44,015 bases of DNA, taken from assembly GCA_964563475.1 (NCBI GenBank), contig CAZLYM010000002.1, positions 14,958 through 58,972 of the forward strand, in the 5' to 3' direction. Origin of the DNA: an uncultured Pirellulaceae bacterium. GTDB taxonomy: Bacteria > Planctomycetota > Planctomycetia > Pirellulales > Pirellulaceae. Positions 19,187-29,629 of this stretch are shown piece by piece. The translations under genes were made by a program, and so were the position numbers. The notes under the pieces were generated by a model that was not told the origin of the DNA, did not search any database, and saw only the letters and a list, made by a program, of their open reading frames with translations. The stretch's first letter is position 1. Every line of letters starts with the position of its first letter.

Positions 19187-19459
19187 GGGTCGTTATTTTC
19201 CTGTTCGACCGGTAACCATGAATGAATTACCGTCGGAGCATCGGGCTACCGATTGGCAGCGTTTTCCAAGTGGAAATTGTGAATTGTAATGCGAAATGAA
19301 GCAATAGTGGTTCGTGCCCCATATACGCAAACAGCCGGCTCAGGGCCGACTGTTGAATCATTGTCGTGAACGACATTGGCTTGGCCGAAATCCAGATCCA
19401 CCTTGTTCGCTGGAGGAAACCAAATATTGCGACGGCCGAAAATCATTCACTTAATCAGG

Positions 19460-19951
19460 CTACTTGGCAGCCGATTTTTGCTTGTTTTTAACAACTGGAG
19501 CAACGTGGGCCAGTTCGACACACTTCCCGCCCGCTTTCTCGATTTTCTCGCGAGCCGATTTGCTGAAGCGATGAGCCGAAACGGTCAACTTTTTCTTGAG
19601 CTCACCGTTTCCGAGCACTTTCAGTACATCGTAACGGTAATTGGCCAAGGCACGGCCTTTGAGCGTTTCCGGAGTCACCTCCGCACCGGCGTCAAAGTTC
19701 GTTTCCAAGTCACCCACATTCACTTCACCGATCTTCAGCGCCCAGCGATTATTAAAACCTCGCTTGGGGATGCGGCGGATCATTGGCATGGCTCCACCCT
19801 GAAACGTCGGGTGCTGGCTATGCCCGGCTCGTGAACGCTGGCCCTTGTGACCGCGACCGGAAGTTTTTCCTAGGCCTGATCCGGTACCGCGACCAATTCG
19901 CTTACGTTTTTTGAATTTTTGGATGCCCTCATGGACGTCATTGATAATCAC
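19460..19951 (-). CDS. rplO: 50S ribosomal protein L15
   Basis: [28 protein letters not shown] and KVLGNGEL; GTGA overlap with rpsE. Confidence 0.97.
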   Translation of the reverse strand: MIINDVHEGIQKFKKRKRIGRGTGSGLGKTSGRGHKGQRSRAGHSQHPTFQGGAMPMIRRIPKRGFNNRWALKIGEVNVGDLETNFDAGAEVTPETLKGRALANYRYDVLKVLGNGELKKKLTVSAHRFSKSAREKIEKAGGKCVELAHVAPVVKNKQKSAAK

Positions 19952-20460
19952 AGCTGGACTCCTCGCAGACGCTCAACGTCTTCTTTGGTTCGCACATTTT
20001 GCAGCGCCGCGATGGTGGCTTTCACCAACGTCACCGGGTTATTGCTACCGAAACTTTTAGTCAGAATGTTCTTTACGCCAGCGGCTTCGCAGACGGCGCG
20101 AACCGCGGAACCCGCGATGATACCTGTACCGGGACCGGCCGGAAGCAAGACAACTCTCGCCGCACCAAAGCGACCATCGACTCGGTGAGGAAGTGCTCCA
20201 TCGAGCATCGGAACTTCCACCATCGTTCGCATCGCCTGCTTGTTCGCCTTTTCGACGCTCGGGCCGACTTCATTTGCTTTCCCGTAGCCCCAGCCGACTT
20301 TGCCTTTGCCATCGCCACAAACAACCATGGCTGCAAAGCTGAATCGTCGACCACCTTTGGCCACAGCAGAACAACGCTTGATCTTGACGGTACGCTCGAC
20401 GATCCCAGAATCTTCATGCTGAGATTTATTGCGCGAATTATTTCGTCCGGATTTTGCCAT
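19948..20460 (-). CDS. rpsE: 30S ribosomal protein S5
   Basis: [19 protein letters not shown] and [11 protein letters not shown]. Confidence 0.97.
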   Translation of the reverse strand: MAKSGRNNSRNKSQHEDSGIVERTVKIKRCSAVAKGGRRFSFAAMVVCGDGKGKVGWGYGKANEVGPSVEKANKQAMRTMVEVPMLDGALPHRVDGRFGAARVVLLPAGPGTGIIAGSAVRAVCEAAGVKNILTKSFGSNNPVTLVKATIAALQNVRTKEDVERLRGVQL

Positions 20461-20579
20461 GGTATTCTCGGTTTATGAGGCGGGCTTCAAATCCGCCAGA
20501 TCTTCGTATGAAACTATCTTTTATTTGATTCGACTGATTGGCTTGATGTCAAGCAAATCAGTCAATCAGAACTTAAACT

Positions 20580-20948
20580 TTAGAACTCCAAACCACCTTC
20601 ACGAGCCGCATTGGCAAGCTCGGCAACGCGGCCGTGGAATTTGTAACTGCCTCGATCGAAACGAATCTGACTGACACCGGCCGCTTTGGCCCGTTCAGCA
20701 ATCGCTTCGCCGACGATTTTCGCAGCCGCAACATTTCCACCGTAGGTGATTTTCGATGCCAAGGCCTGATCACGAGTGCTGGCCGAGGCAATTGTCTTGC
20801 CGGCCTCATCGTCGATCAACTGGCAATACAAATGCTTGTTGCTGCGATTAATGCTCAGACGTGGACGAGTCGCGTCCCCGCGAACTTTTTTCCGAACGCG
20901 GTTGGTACGTCGCCAACGCTGCTTGTTAGTTGTCTTTTGTTGTCTCAC
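20580..20948 (-). CDS. rplR: 50S ribosomal protein L18
   Basis: [32 protein letters not shown] and AREGGLEF; GTG start. Confidence 0.97.
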   Translation of the reverse strand: MRQQKTTNKQRWRRTNRVRKKVRGDATRPRLSINRSNKHLYCQLIDDEAGKTIASASTRDQALASKITYGGNVAAAKIVGEAIAERAKAAGVSQIRFDRGSYKFHGRVAELANAAREGGLEF

Positions 20949-21145
20949 CGCACTGTCTCGCTAATGTTCGTTATTGGACCAAAGATTCCATCCGGTCACA
21001 GGTACGCTGGCAACTTGTTTTATTGATCGTGCTTTGTTGCCCTTGCACGCTTGTCGCGATCTCGTATTACACCGCGAGGCTGATCTCTGATTTTTTAATA
21101 ACTCTTTGGCAACGTGACCAACGTTGCCGGTCACGCTTTAGCTGC

Positions 21146-21691
21146 CTACTGCTTGGCCGATTTACCCGGCTTGATTTTCACTTGCTCGCCAACGTAACGA
21201 ATTCCCTTGCCTTTGTACGGCTCCGGCTTTCGTAGAGCTCGGACTTCGGCAGCGAACTGGCCGACCTTTTGCTTGTCACAACCTTTAACATCAATATGCG
21301 TCTGGTCTGGGCAGGTCACTTCCAAACCTTCGGGAATGTCCTTTTTCAGTTCGTTCGCCAAACCAACACGAAGCGAAAGTGTTTTTCCCTTCAGGCTGCA
21401 AACGTAACCAACACCTTGTAGTTCTAATTTTTGCTCGTAGCCATCTTTGACGCCGATGATCATGTTATTGACCAACGCACGAGTCAGACCATGAAAAGCG
21501 CGGCTGTTACGGTCATCTTTGTGACGACTAACGTTGACGGTTTTTGAGTCCTCATCAACCTTCACGACCACCTCAGGACGGTGCTCAAAACTGAGCTTTC
21601 CTTTTGGGCCTTCAATGTTGACGCTACCGTTGGCCACGGCGACTTTGACGCCGTCGACAATCGGGACTGGTTTGTTGCCAATTCGTGACAT
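21146..21691 (-). CDS. rplF: 50S ribosomal protein L6
   Basis: MSRIGNKPV start (ATG 21691) and RKPEPYKGKGIRY. Confidence 0.97.
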   Translation of the reverse strand: MSRIGNKPVPIVDGVKVAVANGSVNIEGPKGKLSFEHRPEVVVKVDEDSKTVNVSRHKDDRNSRAFHGLTRALVNNMIIGVKDGYEQKLELQGVGYVCSLKGKTLSLRVGLANELKKDIPEGLEVTCPDQTHIDVKGCDKQKVGQFAAEVRALRKPEPYKGKGIRYVGEQVKIKPGKSAKQ

Positions 21692-21768
21692 GACTTTTTC
21701 CAAATATCTCTTAACCGCACGCTGAAGTTTGACCACCTGAAATCAGTGGAATCGCTTCCGAACGTGGC

Positions 21769-22164
21769 TTACCAAATTTCGCACAAAACTTCGCCGCCAA
21801 CCTTCTGTTGCCGAGCTTCTCGATCACTCATCACGCCCTTGCTGGTACTAAGGATCGAAATCCCCAGCCCGTTAAGCACAGGACGCAAGTCCTTGGCACT
21901 TGAGTACACTCGACAGCCTGGCTTACTGATTCGCTTGACGTGTCGAATCACGTTTTCCCCGCTGGGACCATACTTCAAATCAATATGCAGTTGGCCAACA
22001 GGAGTCGCTTCTTCACTCTTCCAATCCCAGATGTAACCTTCGCGCTTAAGCACGTCAGCTACGCCGGTCTTCACCTTTGAGATTGGCATTTCCACATGGG
22101 GCCGCTCAACACTTACCGCGTTGCGGATGCGAGTAAGCATGTCAGCTATTGGGTCGGTCATCAT
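21769..22164 (-). CDS. rpsH: 30S ribosomal protein S8
   Basis: [24 protein letters not shown] and GGEVLCEIW. Confidence 0.97.
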   Translation of the reverse strand: MMTDPIADMLTRIRNAVSVERPHVEMPISKVKTGVADVLKREGYIWDWKSEEATPVGQLHIDLKYGPSGENVIRHVKRISKPGCRVYSSAKDLRPVLNGLGISILSTSKGVMSDREARQQKVGGEVLCEIW

Positions 22165-22190
22165 AGTCGCTTGTTTCCTTCTTCTTTGCC

Positions 22191-22376
22191 TTACCAACTG
22201 GCCTTACGAACGCCGGGAATCATCCCGCGATCAGCAAGGTTACGAAAGCAGATCCGACAAATTCCGAATTTCCGATACACCGCGCGAGGTCGACCGCACA
22301 ACTTGCAACGTCGTTCCTGGCGAACCGGATATTTCGGTTCGCGATTCGCCTTGGCGATTTTTGATTTTCTTGCCAC
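22191..22376 (-). CDS. rpsN: 30S ribosomal protein S14, type Z (zinc-binding, 61 aa)
   Basis: [23 protein letters not shown] and PGVRKASW; GTG start. Confidence 0.96.
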   Translation of the reverse strand: MARKSKIAKANREPKYPVRQERRCKLCGRPRAVYRKFGICRICFRNLADRGMIPGVRKASW

Positions 22377-22455
22377 AGCAGAAAGCCTGTTCGAGTTTCT
22401 TGTTTCCAGTTAATCGTTTGCTTGAACCAACGCCAAGCTCCACTTGATTTTCAAG

Positions 22456-23016
22456 TCAAGCAGCATCCTTCTTTTGATCTTTAAAGGGCATCCCGAACAT
22501 GCGTAGCAGTTCGCGTCCCTCGTTGTCGTCATCGGTCGAAGTCACGAACACGATGTTCATTCCTTGCGTCCGAGTAAATTTATCCGCATTCAGTTCCGGG
22601 AACACACCGTACTCGGTTAGCCCCAGACTGTAGTTGCCGCGACCATCGAAAGCCTTGGCACTGATGCCGCGAAAGTCGCGAACTCGTGGCAAAACAAACG
22701 TGCACAATCGATCCATGAATTCATACATCTGATCGCCTCGCAGCGTCACCTTGCAACCAATCGCTTGACCTTCACGCAATCGGAAGTTCGCGATCGATTT
22801 ACGAGCCTTGGTTAGAACCGGCTTCTGGCCAGCAATCAAACCCAAAGCTTGACTCGCGTCCTGCAAATCCTTCTTTTCCTGCGTAGCCGACCCGACGCCC
22901 ATGTTGATCACGATCTTTTTCAGACGTGGCAACGACATGACGTTCTTGCGTCCACACATCTCCGCCAACTTTGGCAAGAGATCACTATTGTATTTTTCTC
23001 GAAGTCGAGCAGCCAT
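22456..23016 (-). CDS. rplE: 50S ribosomal protein L5
   Basis: KIVINMGVG, GCKVTLRG, LPRVRDFRG and FDGRGNYSLG. Confidence 0.97.
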   Translation of the reverse strand: MAARLREKYNSDLLPKLAEMCGRKNVMSLPRLKKIVINMGVGSATQEKKDLQDASQALGLIAGQKPVLTKARKSIANFRLREGQAIGCKVTLRGDQMYEFMDRLCTFVLPRVRDFRGISAKAFDGRGNYSLGLTEYGVFPELNADKFTRTQGMNIVFVTSTDDDNEGRELLRMFGMPFKDQKKDAA

Positions 23017-23122
23017 AATTTCACTTTGTCAGTTCGAGTCGCTGATGATTCCAGCAACCTTGTTTCACTGTCCAATTTATCTGATTTGTTTCTTATGTGT
23101 TCCAGCCGAAAACCAATTCGGA

Positions 23123-23491
23123 CTAAATCACTTCATTCGCCAAACTGACGATTTTCATGTAGTTCTTGTCGCGTAACTCACGAGCTACCGCACCGAAGAT
23201 ACGAGTCCCACGTGGGTTACGATCGTTGTCGATGATCACCGCCGCATTGTCATCGAACTTGATGTAACTGCCGTCTTCGCGACGAGTCCCTTTGCGGGCT
23301 CGTACGACTACCGCACGGACAACGGCTTTCTTCTTGATGTCACTGCCTGGGATAACGCTTTTGACGCTGCAAACAATCACATCGCCCAAACCCGCATACC
23401 TGCGGCGCGAGCCACCAAGAACCTTGATGCACATGATTTCACGTGCGCCAGTGTTGTCGGCAACCTGCAATCTTGTTTCTGCTTGAATCAT
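23123..23491 (-). CDS. rplN: 50S ribosomal protein L14
   Basis: [29 protein letters not shown] and [10 protein letters not shown]. Confidence 0.98.
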   Translation of the reverse strand: MIQAETRLQVADNTGAREIMCIKVLGGSRRRYAGLGDVIVCSVKSVIPGSDIKKKAVVRAVVVRARKGTRREDGSYIKFDDNAAVIIDNDRNPRGTRIFGAVARELRDKNYMKIVSLANEVI

Positions 23492-23595
23492 AACGGATCA
23501 ACCAATTTTTGTTTCTGTTTGCGTGCCCGGTAGTTTGAGGCAACGCCATCTCGCGTGTTTTGATCTGAGTGTCTTAGTTTCCGAACGAAGCGAAC

Positions 23596-23922
23596 TTAAG
23601 CCTCTGTTTCCGGTTCAACTTCCGACGACAACTGCTCTTTCTGCTTTCGAGCGGCTCGAACCGCAGCAAGGTCAACTTCCGTGCTCTTCTCGATCACCTT
23701 CACCAATGTCCAACGCTTTTTCTTGGACAATGGAGCCGATTCAATAATCTGAACAATGTCGCCTTCGTGTGATTCGTTTTCCTCATCATGAACGTAGCAA
23801 GTCGTTCGATCACGAAAGATCTTTCCGTACTTTGCGTGGCGGACCAGACGGGGAATCTGAACGACTCGCGTTTTGGACATCTTGTCGCTTTTGACACGTC
23901 CTGTCAGAAGTCGTTTAGGCAT
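23596..23922 (-). CDS. rpsQ: 30S ribosomal protein S17
   Basis: GRVKSDKMSKT, HDEEN and PLSKKKRW. Confidence 0.96.
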   Translation of the reverse strand: MPKRLLTGRVKSDKMSKTRVVQIPRLVRHAKYGKIFRDRTTCYVHDEENESHEGDIVQIIESAPLSKKKRWTLVKVIEKSTEVDLAAVRAARKQKEQLSSEVEPETEA

Positions 23923-24008
23923 TTAACTACTCACTCGTTATTTATCTGTTTGTTTTTCTAGCCGAAGACCGTGGCTTGTTCTCACCACAATCCATCATTT
24001 CAATGAAC

Positions 24009-24221
24009 TTACGCTGACGCGGCAGCCGCTTTCTTTTCACGCTCTGTCTGCAACGTTTTGATTTGAGCAATCAACCGACGCTGACGACGCAATTCTGACG
24101 GCACATCCAAACGCTCGGACTGAGCCTGTACTCGCAAGCGGAAAAGCGTCTGGCAAGCCTCTTTCAAGACGGCCGCCATCTGCTCGTCGCTCATGTCTCG
24201 TAGTTCTTTTATTGTCGCCAT
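24009..24221 (-). CDS. rpmC: 50S ribosomal protein L29
   Basis: ELRDMS...LFRLRVQ...RRLIAQIKT, and position between rplP and rpsQ. Confidence 0.93.
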   Translation of the reverse strand: MATIKELRDMSDEQMAAVLKEACQTLFRLRVQAQSERLDVPSELRRQRRLIAQIKTLQTEREKKAAAASA

Positions 24222-24314
24222 GATCTAATCCGAATGCACCAATTCGTGCGTTATCAAATCGAGTTATCTTGTCTTATCTATTCGTTTTCGGGAGCGGCTT
24301 TCGCCACTCGCCAG

Positions 24315-24731
24315 TTACATCAAGCGTCGCTTCACCATGCGCACCTTGAACGGCATCTTGTGAGCCAAACGAGCGAAGCAAATCTTCGCCTGCTGCTCGG
24401 TGACACCAGCCAATTCGTACAAAATGGTTCCGGGGCGAATGGTGGCAACCCAGTACTCTGGCTCACCCTTACCTTTACCCATTCGAGTTTCCAACGGAGT
24501 CGATGTGATCGACCGATGTGGAAACACGCGGATGTAAAGCTTTCCTTCACCACGAATATACTGCTGTGCAGCAATACGCCCAGCTTCGATTGTCTGCGCT
24601 TTCAACCAACCAGTATCCAGCGACTGAAGGCCAAAGTCTCCGAAGACGACCTTGTTGCCCCGAGAGGCATTACCTTTTATATGCCCTCTTTGGACCTTTC
24701 GATGCTTGACCCTTTTCGGCATCTGAGCCAT
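24315..24731 (-). CDS. rplP: 50S ribosomal protein L16
   Basis: MPKRVKHRKVQRG, IEAGRIA and ETRMGKGKG. Confidence 0.97.
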   Translation of the reverse strand: MAQMPKRVKHRKVQRGHIKGNASRGNKVVFGDFGLQSLDTGWLKAQTIEAGRIAAQQYIRGEGKLYIRVFPHRSITSTPLETRMGKGKGEPEYWVATIRPGTILYELAGVTEQQAKICFARLAHKMPFKVRMVKRRLM

Positions 24732-25377
24732 TGGTCTCGTCTCCGTAATTACCCTGGTTAATCCAAACTTGTATTCCGATATGTCCCTGCGGAGTCATCG
24801 CTTCGGTAAAACCGTAGCTGATCTTCGCACGGATCGTGCTCAATGGAATTGAGCCCGAGATCTCCTTCTCACGGCGAGCCATTTCAGCACCGCCCAAACG
24901 CCCAGCCAACTGGATCTTAATCCCTTTGGCTCCGGCACTCATTGATTCTTCTGCCGCACGCTTCATCGTCCGACGAAAACTTGCTCGTCGCGAAAGCTGC
25001 TCAGCAATTTTCACTGCTACCAATTGAGCCTGCATGTCAGGCCGAGCAACCTCTTCGACTTTCAAATTGATACGGCGACCAATCAGGTTCTGCATCTCAT
25101 TCTGAAGACGCTCGACCTCTTGACCTTTCTTTCCAATAATCAAACCCGGGCGAGCCACAAACAGCGTGACCTTAACTTCGTCCCGCGTCCGCTCGATCTC
25201 AACGCGATCGATTCCCGCAGCTTTGTAGTTCTGCGTCGGATGCTTGTTGACAAACGCACGAATCTTCTGATCTTCCACCAACAGCGTCGCAAATTCACTC
25301 TTGGGTGCGTACCAACGACTTTTCCAGTCCTCGTTGACACCCGTTCGAAACGCGATCGGATTTACTTTTTGTCCCAT
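24670..25377 (-). CDS. rpsC: 30S ribosomal protein S3
   Basis: MGQKVNPIAFR, ARPGLIIGKKG and GRLGGAEMAR; overlaps rplP by 62 nt. Confidence 0.97.
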   Translation of the reverse strand: MGQKVNPIAFRTGVNEDWKSRWYAPKSEFATLLVEDQKIRAFVNKHPTQNYKAAGIDRVEIERTRDEVKVTLFVARPGLIIGKKGQEVERLQNEMQNLIGRRINLKVEEVARPDMQAQLVAVKIAEQLSRRASFRRTMKRAAEESMSAGAKGIKIQLAGRLGGAEMARREKEISGSIPLSTIRAKISYGFTEAMTPQGHIGIQVWINQGNYGDETNGSDAEKGQASKGPKRAYKR

Positions 25378-25463
25378 AATAAACTCGCCTGAGCGGTTGT
25401 TGTTTGTTTTGGTTGTTGCGGTGTTTTAAACTTACCTGACAGCGACGCGATTTAGCGTCGAGC

Positions 25464-25811
25464 CTAAACTTGTTCCAGCGTGACTCGGATGTGTGACATT
25501 CGTTTCTTAATCAAGTACGACATACCGCGACCACTTGGCCGAACCCGCTTAAACATCGGGCCGCCATCAATGCACGCTTCGGAAATGAACAAGTCACGCT
25601 CGTCGACAATCCGACCAGGATTCTGATCAGGGTCTTGAGCATTGGCCAACGCCGTGCGAATCACCTTCTCCAACATACGAGCCCCACGATGAGGCTGGTA
25701 CCGAAGGATATCAAGCGCTTCGTCAACGAACTTGCCGCGAACCATGTTCGCCAGCGGACGCACCTTACTGGCGCTGATTCGAGCGTATCGATGTTTTGAT
25801 TGAAATGACAT
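25464..25811 (-). CDS. rplV: 50S ribosomal protein L22
   Basis: ARISASKVRPLANMVRGK, GPMFKR and KRMSHI. Confidence 0.96.
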   Translation of the reverse strand: MSFQSKHRYARISASKVRPLANMVRGKFVDEALDILRYQPHRGARMLEKVIRTALANAQDPDQNPGRIVDERDLFISEACIDGGPMFKRVRPSGRGMSYLIKKRMSHIRVTLEQV

Positions 25812-25905
25812 AACTACTTGCTCTGCCGAACTTGAATTGTTGAACAGAAATTGATTTGTAAAAACGAGGCCCGTAGATCAGCTAACCACCGATCCCCAAC
25901 ACACT

Positions 25906-26172
25906 CTAACGCTTGCCGCCGCCATGACCCTTGAAGGTTCGTGAAGGAGCAAACTCTCCTAACTTGTGACCCACCATGTCTTCCGTCACCAACACCTTCA
26001 TGTGCTGCCGACCATTGTGAACCATAAACGTGTAACCGATAAATTCAGGAACCACTGTGCACGCCCGCGCCCAAGTCTTAATAGGCTCGCGACTTCCGGC
26101 TGCTTCAGCCTTTTCCACTTTCCGGAAAAGCTTCTCGTCGACGAACGGTCCTTTTTTCTGTGATCTACTCAT
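25906..26172 (-). CDS. rpsS: 30S ribosomal protein S19
   Basis: [10 protein letters not shown] and [13 protein letters not shown]. Confidence 0.97.
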   Translation of the reverse strand: MSRSQKKGPFVDEKLFRKVEKAEAAGSREPIKTWARACTVVPEFIGYTFMVHNGRQHMKVLVTEDMVGHKLGEFAPSRTFKGHGGGKR

Positions 26173-26184
26173 CTAAGCAATTCC

Positions 26185-27042
26185 TTATTTGACCTTCAAC
26201 TGACCGTAACGCTTCGACTTGCGGCGACGAACAATCGCTGCATTCGATGCCTTGGCCAGCTTTCGAGTACGACCACCCTTGGCCGGAACACCCGACGGAC
26301 TGACTGGATGACGACCACCCTTGGTACGACCTTCACCACCACCGTGCGGGTGATCGATCGGGTTCATCGCGGTACCACGAACATGCGGGCGACGGCCCAA
26401 CCAACGAGCACGCCCCGCTTTACCCAAGCGAATCGAACTGTGCTCCGAGTTACCAACCTTACCGACGGTCGCTCGACACGCCGCAGGAACTCGGCGGATC
26501 TCACCACTCGGCAGAGAAATCTGAGCCCACTTGGCTTCGCGAGCCATCAACACAGCGTTGACGCCAGCACTACGACACAAAATGGCACCTTGGCCAGGTC
26601 GCATCTCAATATTATGAATCACGGTTGCCAGAGGAATATTCTTCAGCGGCAAGCAGTTACCAACTGTCGGAGTCGCGTCTTCGCCACTCATCAACACATC
26701 GCCCGCTTTCAAACCGTCGGGAGAAATGATGTATCGCTTTTCGCCGTCGACATACTTCAACAACGCAATCCGAGCACTGCGGTTTGGATCGTACTGGACT
26801 GAATCAACAACAGCCTTAACGCCATCCTTATCACGCTTGAAATCAATCACGCGATACCGACGCTTGTGACCACCACCTCGGTGACGACAAGTGATCTTGC
26901 CCTGGTTGTTCCGCCCCGAACCACGCACCATCGGACGCAACAAGCTCTTTTCGACCTTGTAGCCTTTTGTCAGTTCCTTAAAGTCACTGACACTGGCATC
27001 GCGCCGACCGGCAGATGTCGGTTTGTACTTTCGAATTCCCAT
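26185..27042 (-). CDS. rplB: 50S ribosomal protein L2
   Basis: [17 protein letters not shown] and [17 protein letters not shown]. Confidence 0.98.
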   Translation of the reverse strand: MGIRKYKPTSAGRRDASVSDFKELTKGYKVEKSLLRPMVRGSGRNNQGKITCRHRGGGHKRRYRVIDFKRDKDGVKAVVDSVQYDPNRSARIALLKYVDGEKRYIISPDGLKAGDVLMSGEDATPTVGNCLPLKNIPLATVIHNIEMRPGQGAILCRSAGVNAVLMAREAKWAQISLPSGEIRRVPAACRATVGKVGNSEHSSIRLGKAGRARWLGRRPHVRGTAMNPIDHPHGGGEGRTKGGRHPVSPSGVPAKGGRTRKLAKASNAAIVRRRKSKRYGQLKVK

Positions 27043-27139
27043 GAAACTATACCTGTTTTACTTTTTTCGACTTAGCGTCGATAACCACAATCGGCTTTCA
27101 ATAACCGGACAACCAGATGCCCGCAATCAAAATGGCCGA

Positions 27140-27475
27140 CTAGAAGAAGTCGATTTTATGATCTGCGTCCAATCGAACGATTGCCTTCTTCCAATCCTTC
27201 GTGCGACCCGCGGTGAAACGGTAACGCCGAGGCTTACCCTTCCGATTTTGTGTCGAAACACCAACAACTTTAACTTCAAACAACTGCTCAATCGCCTTCT
27301 TGATGTCCGTCTTAGTCGCCAACGGATTCACCTTGAACGTGTACTGATTCAGCTCATCTGCCTGAAACATACCCTTCTCAGTCACCATCGGCTTGACGAT
27401 AACCTGATGAGGCTCCAGCACCAACTTAGGCGGTAATGCCGGCTTTCGATTTTTCTTAGTTACGACTCGAGCCAT
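27140..27475 (-). CDS. rplW: 50S ribosomal protein L23
   Basis: PMVTEK, YTFKV, ATKTDIKKAIEQLF and WKKAIV. Confidence 0.96.
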   Translation of the reverse strand: MARVVTKKNRKPALPPKLVLEPHQVIVKPMVTEKGMFQADELNQYTFKVNPLATKTDIKKAIEQLFEVKVVGVSTQNRKGKPRRYRFTAGRTKDWKKAIVRLDADHKIDFF

Positions 27476-27542
27476 CTCGAACTCCGCTTTCAGCGATTCA
27501 CTTTTTTCAATTCAACCACAACTGCTTTAACCGAACACTCGA

Positions 27543-28193
27543 TTAAGCAGACGCTTTTTCCTGCGGCTTCGCAGCATTCTCTTTCAAACGATCCATTGCC
27601 TCGCGAGTCACAATCATCCGCTGCGGCTTCAAAATCGCCAACGCATTCAAATCACTCACCGGCAACACAGAAACACCACCGATGTTCCGAGCACTCTTGT
27701 GAACCGCCGGAGCACAATCAGCCGTCGCGATCAAGGCAGTGCTGCCCGCAAGCCCCATCCCCTTGAGCATCTTCGCAATCGTGCTCGTTTTTGGCGCGTC
27801 CAAGCTAAGCTGGTCCACCACCAAAACACGGTCGTCCTGAATCTTTCCAGCGATCGCCATCCGAGTCGCCAAACGAACCGCCTTACGAGGCAAGCGGTAC
27901 GAGTAGTCGCGATTGCGAATCGCAAAAGCATGACCACCGCCACGACGAATATTGGACGTACGATGACCAGCACGAGCGTTACCCGTACCCTTCTGGCGAT
28001 ACATCTTTTTCCGCGAACCCGCGACTTCCGCACGGCTCTTAGTCTTATGCGAACCCTGGCGAGCACTCGCTTGATACATCACCACAACATCGTGCAGCAA
28101 TTGCTTATTAATTGTTTCGCTGAACACTGAAGGGTCGATTTCATACTTACCGACTTCAGCGCCCGAACTGTCATATACTGGTAATGTGGCCAT
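27543..28193 (-). CDS. rplD: 50S ribosomal protein L4
   Basis: RQGSHKTKSRAEV, RQKGTGNARAG and RRGGG. Confidence 0.97.
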   Translation of the reverse strand: MATLPVYDSSGAEVGKYEIDPSVFSETINKQLLHDVVVMYQASARQGSHKTKSRAEVAGSRKKMYRQKGTGNARAGHRTSNIRRGGGHAFAIRNRDYSYRLPRKAVRLATRMAIAGKIQDDRVLVVDQLSLDAPKTSTIAKMLKGMGLAGSTALIATADCAPAVHKSARNIGGVSVLPVSDLNALAILKPQRMIVTREAMDRLKENAAKPQEKASA

Positions 28194-28205
28194 AATTCGT
28201 GATTC

Positions 28206-28922
28206 CTACTTCTTGTTCGTTTCGCGAATAACCAACATCCCGCCATTCGGGCCAGGGACAGCACCTTCGATCAGCAGCAGATTATTCTCAGCGTCGATCC
28301 GGTGCAGCGAAAGATTTCGCACAGTCACTTTTCCGTTTCCGTACTGACCCGCCATTCGCTTACCCTTAAAGGTACGACTCGGCGACGCACTCATTCCGGT
28401 ACCACCAGCGTGACGATGACACTTCTTAACACCGTGAGTAGCTCGCTGACCGCTGAAATTGTGACGCTTCATCACACCAGCGAAACCGCGACCCTTACTG
28501 ATGCCGGAAACATCAACCTTCTTGACTTCCTCAAGAACGCCAACCGTGATATCCGAGCCAACCTCGCACTCGCCCGCGTCACCGCGTAACTCGCGAATAA
28601 AACGCTGCGGCTCACAGCCAGCCTTAGCTGCAACCTCAACACCGGCAGCAGCCAATGCTTGCGATCGCTTTGATTTGATATCCGCCACATGGCCACGCTC
28701 AGAACGAGCAGCCTGGCTAGAACGAGATCGACGCTCTTTAGCAGGACGTTTTTTGTCCTGAAAACCCAACTGAACAGCCGAATAACCATCTTTTTCTACA
28801 GTACGCAACTGAAGAACTTTGCAGGGGCCTGCTTCAATCACTGTGACGGGAGTTGCGACACCCGTTTCCGGATCGAACACCTGCGTCATCCCGACCTTAC
28901 GGCCAAGTATGCCTTTTACCAT
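28206..28922 (-). CDS. rplC: 50S ribosomal protein L3
   Basis: [36 protein letters not shown] and GAVPG. Confidence 0.97.
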   Translation of the reverse strand: MVKGILGRKVGMTQVFDPETGVATPVTVIEAGPCKVLQLRTVEKDGYSAVQLGFQDKKRPAKERRSRSSQAARSERGHVADIKSKRSQALAAAGVEVAAKAGCEPQRFIRELRGDAGECEVGSDITVGVLEEVKKVDVSGISKGRGFAGVMKRHNFSGQRATHGVKKCHRHAGGTGMSASPSRTFKGKRMAGQYGNGKVTVRNLSLHRIDAENNLLLIEGAVPGPNGGMLVIRETNKK

Positions 28923-29087
28923 CGTTATTCGCCTTGTCGTTCAGTGGTACGCCGTCGAGGAAGACTAGCCAGCAATTGCGGCAAGCTTGTCCACGCGACT
29001 TCCGTTCATAGTTCTGATCGGGAGTACTTGAAAGTTATTTGTTCCAATCAACCAATCATGATCCAAAATGCCATTCGGCAAATCACA

Positions 29088-29414
29088 TCACTTGGTTGAT
29101 GCCTTAATTTTGATTTCGACACCTGCTGGCAAGCTAAGCTTGTTCAGGGCCTCGATCGTTTTTGCGGTCGCCTGAACGATATCGATCAGACGCTTGTGAG
29201 TCCGAATCTCGAACTGCTGCCGCGACTTCTTGTTGACAAAAGGGCCAGACAAAACTGTGTACCGCTCAATTCGAGTCGGCAACGGAATCGGTCCGTGCAC
29301 TTCGCTATGAGTACGCTTGGCCGTATCCACGATCTCCTGAGCACTCTGATCAAGGACCGAGTGATCATACGCCTCCATACGGATGCGAATTACTTCATGA
29401 ATCGAGCCAGCCAC
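29088..29414 (-). CDS. rpsJ: 30S ribosomal protein S10
   Basis: [17 protein letters not shown] and [13 protein letters not shown]; GTG start with GGAG upstream. Confidence 0.98.
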   Translation of the reverse strand: MAGSIHEVIRIRMEAYDHSVLDQSAQEIVDTAKRTHSEVHGPIPLPTRIERYTVLSGPFVNKKSRQQFEIRTHKRLIDIVQATAKTIEALNKLSLPAGVEIKIKASTK

Positions 29415-29600
29415 GCGATATCTCCAAACGTTATCAACTAATCACTTCACTCAGCAACGCTGTACAGCGACACAAAACCCTTATCGAAAAAGAGATGTGC
29501 CACAGGCTGTGGCCAACCTTAACACTGCCGAATGGCCGTGATCAGAGACGCCTAAGCTGAAGAAGATTCAATTTTCCCACGAATTCCGGGAAAGCCCAAG

Positions 29601-29629
29601 AATCTAAGGAGTTTCACACCAACCGTCAA
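29601..29629 (-). promoter_or_regulatory. Sigma70-type promoter of the S10-spc operon
   Basis: Minus strand reads TTGACG-N17-TAGATT (-35 at 29629-29624, -10 at 29606-29601), about 190 nt upstream of rpsJ. Confidence 0.7.

Noticed and set aside
19948-19951. rpmD (L30) absent between rpsE and rplO
   Set aside because: A real absence, but L30 is known to be missing in many bacterial lineages, so it is not surprising by itself.
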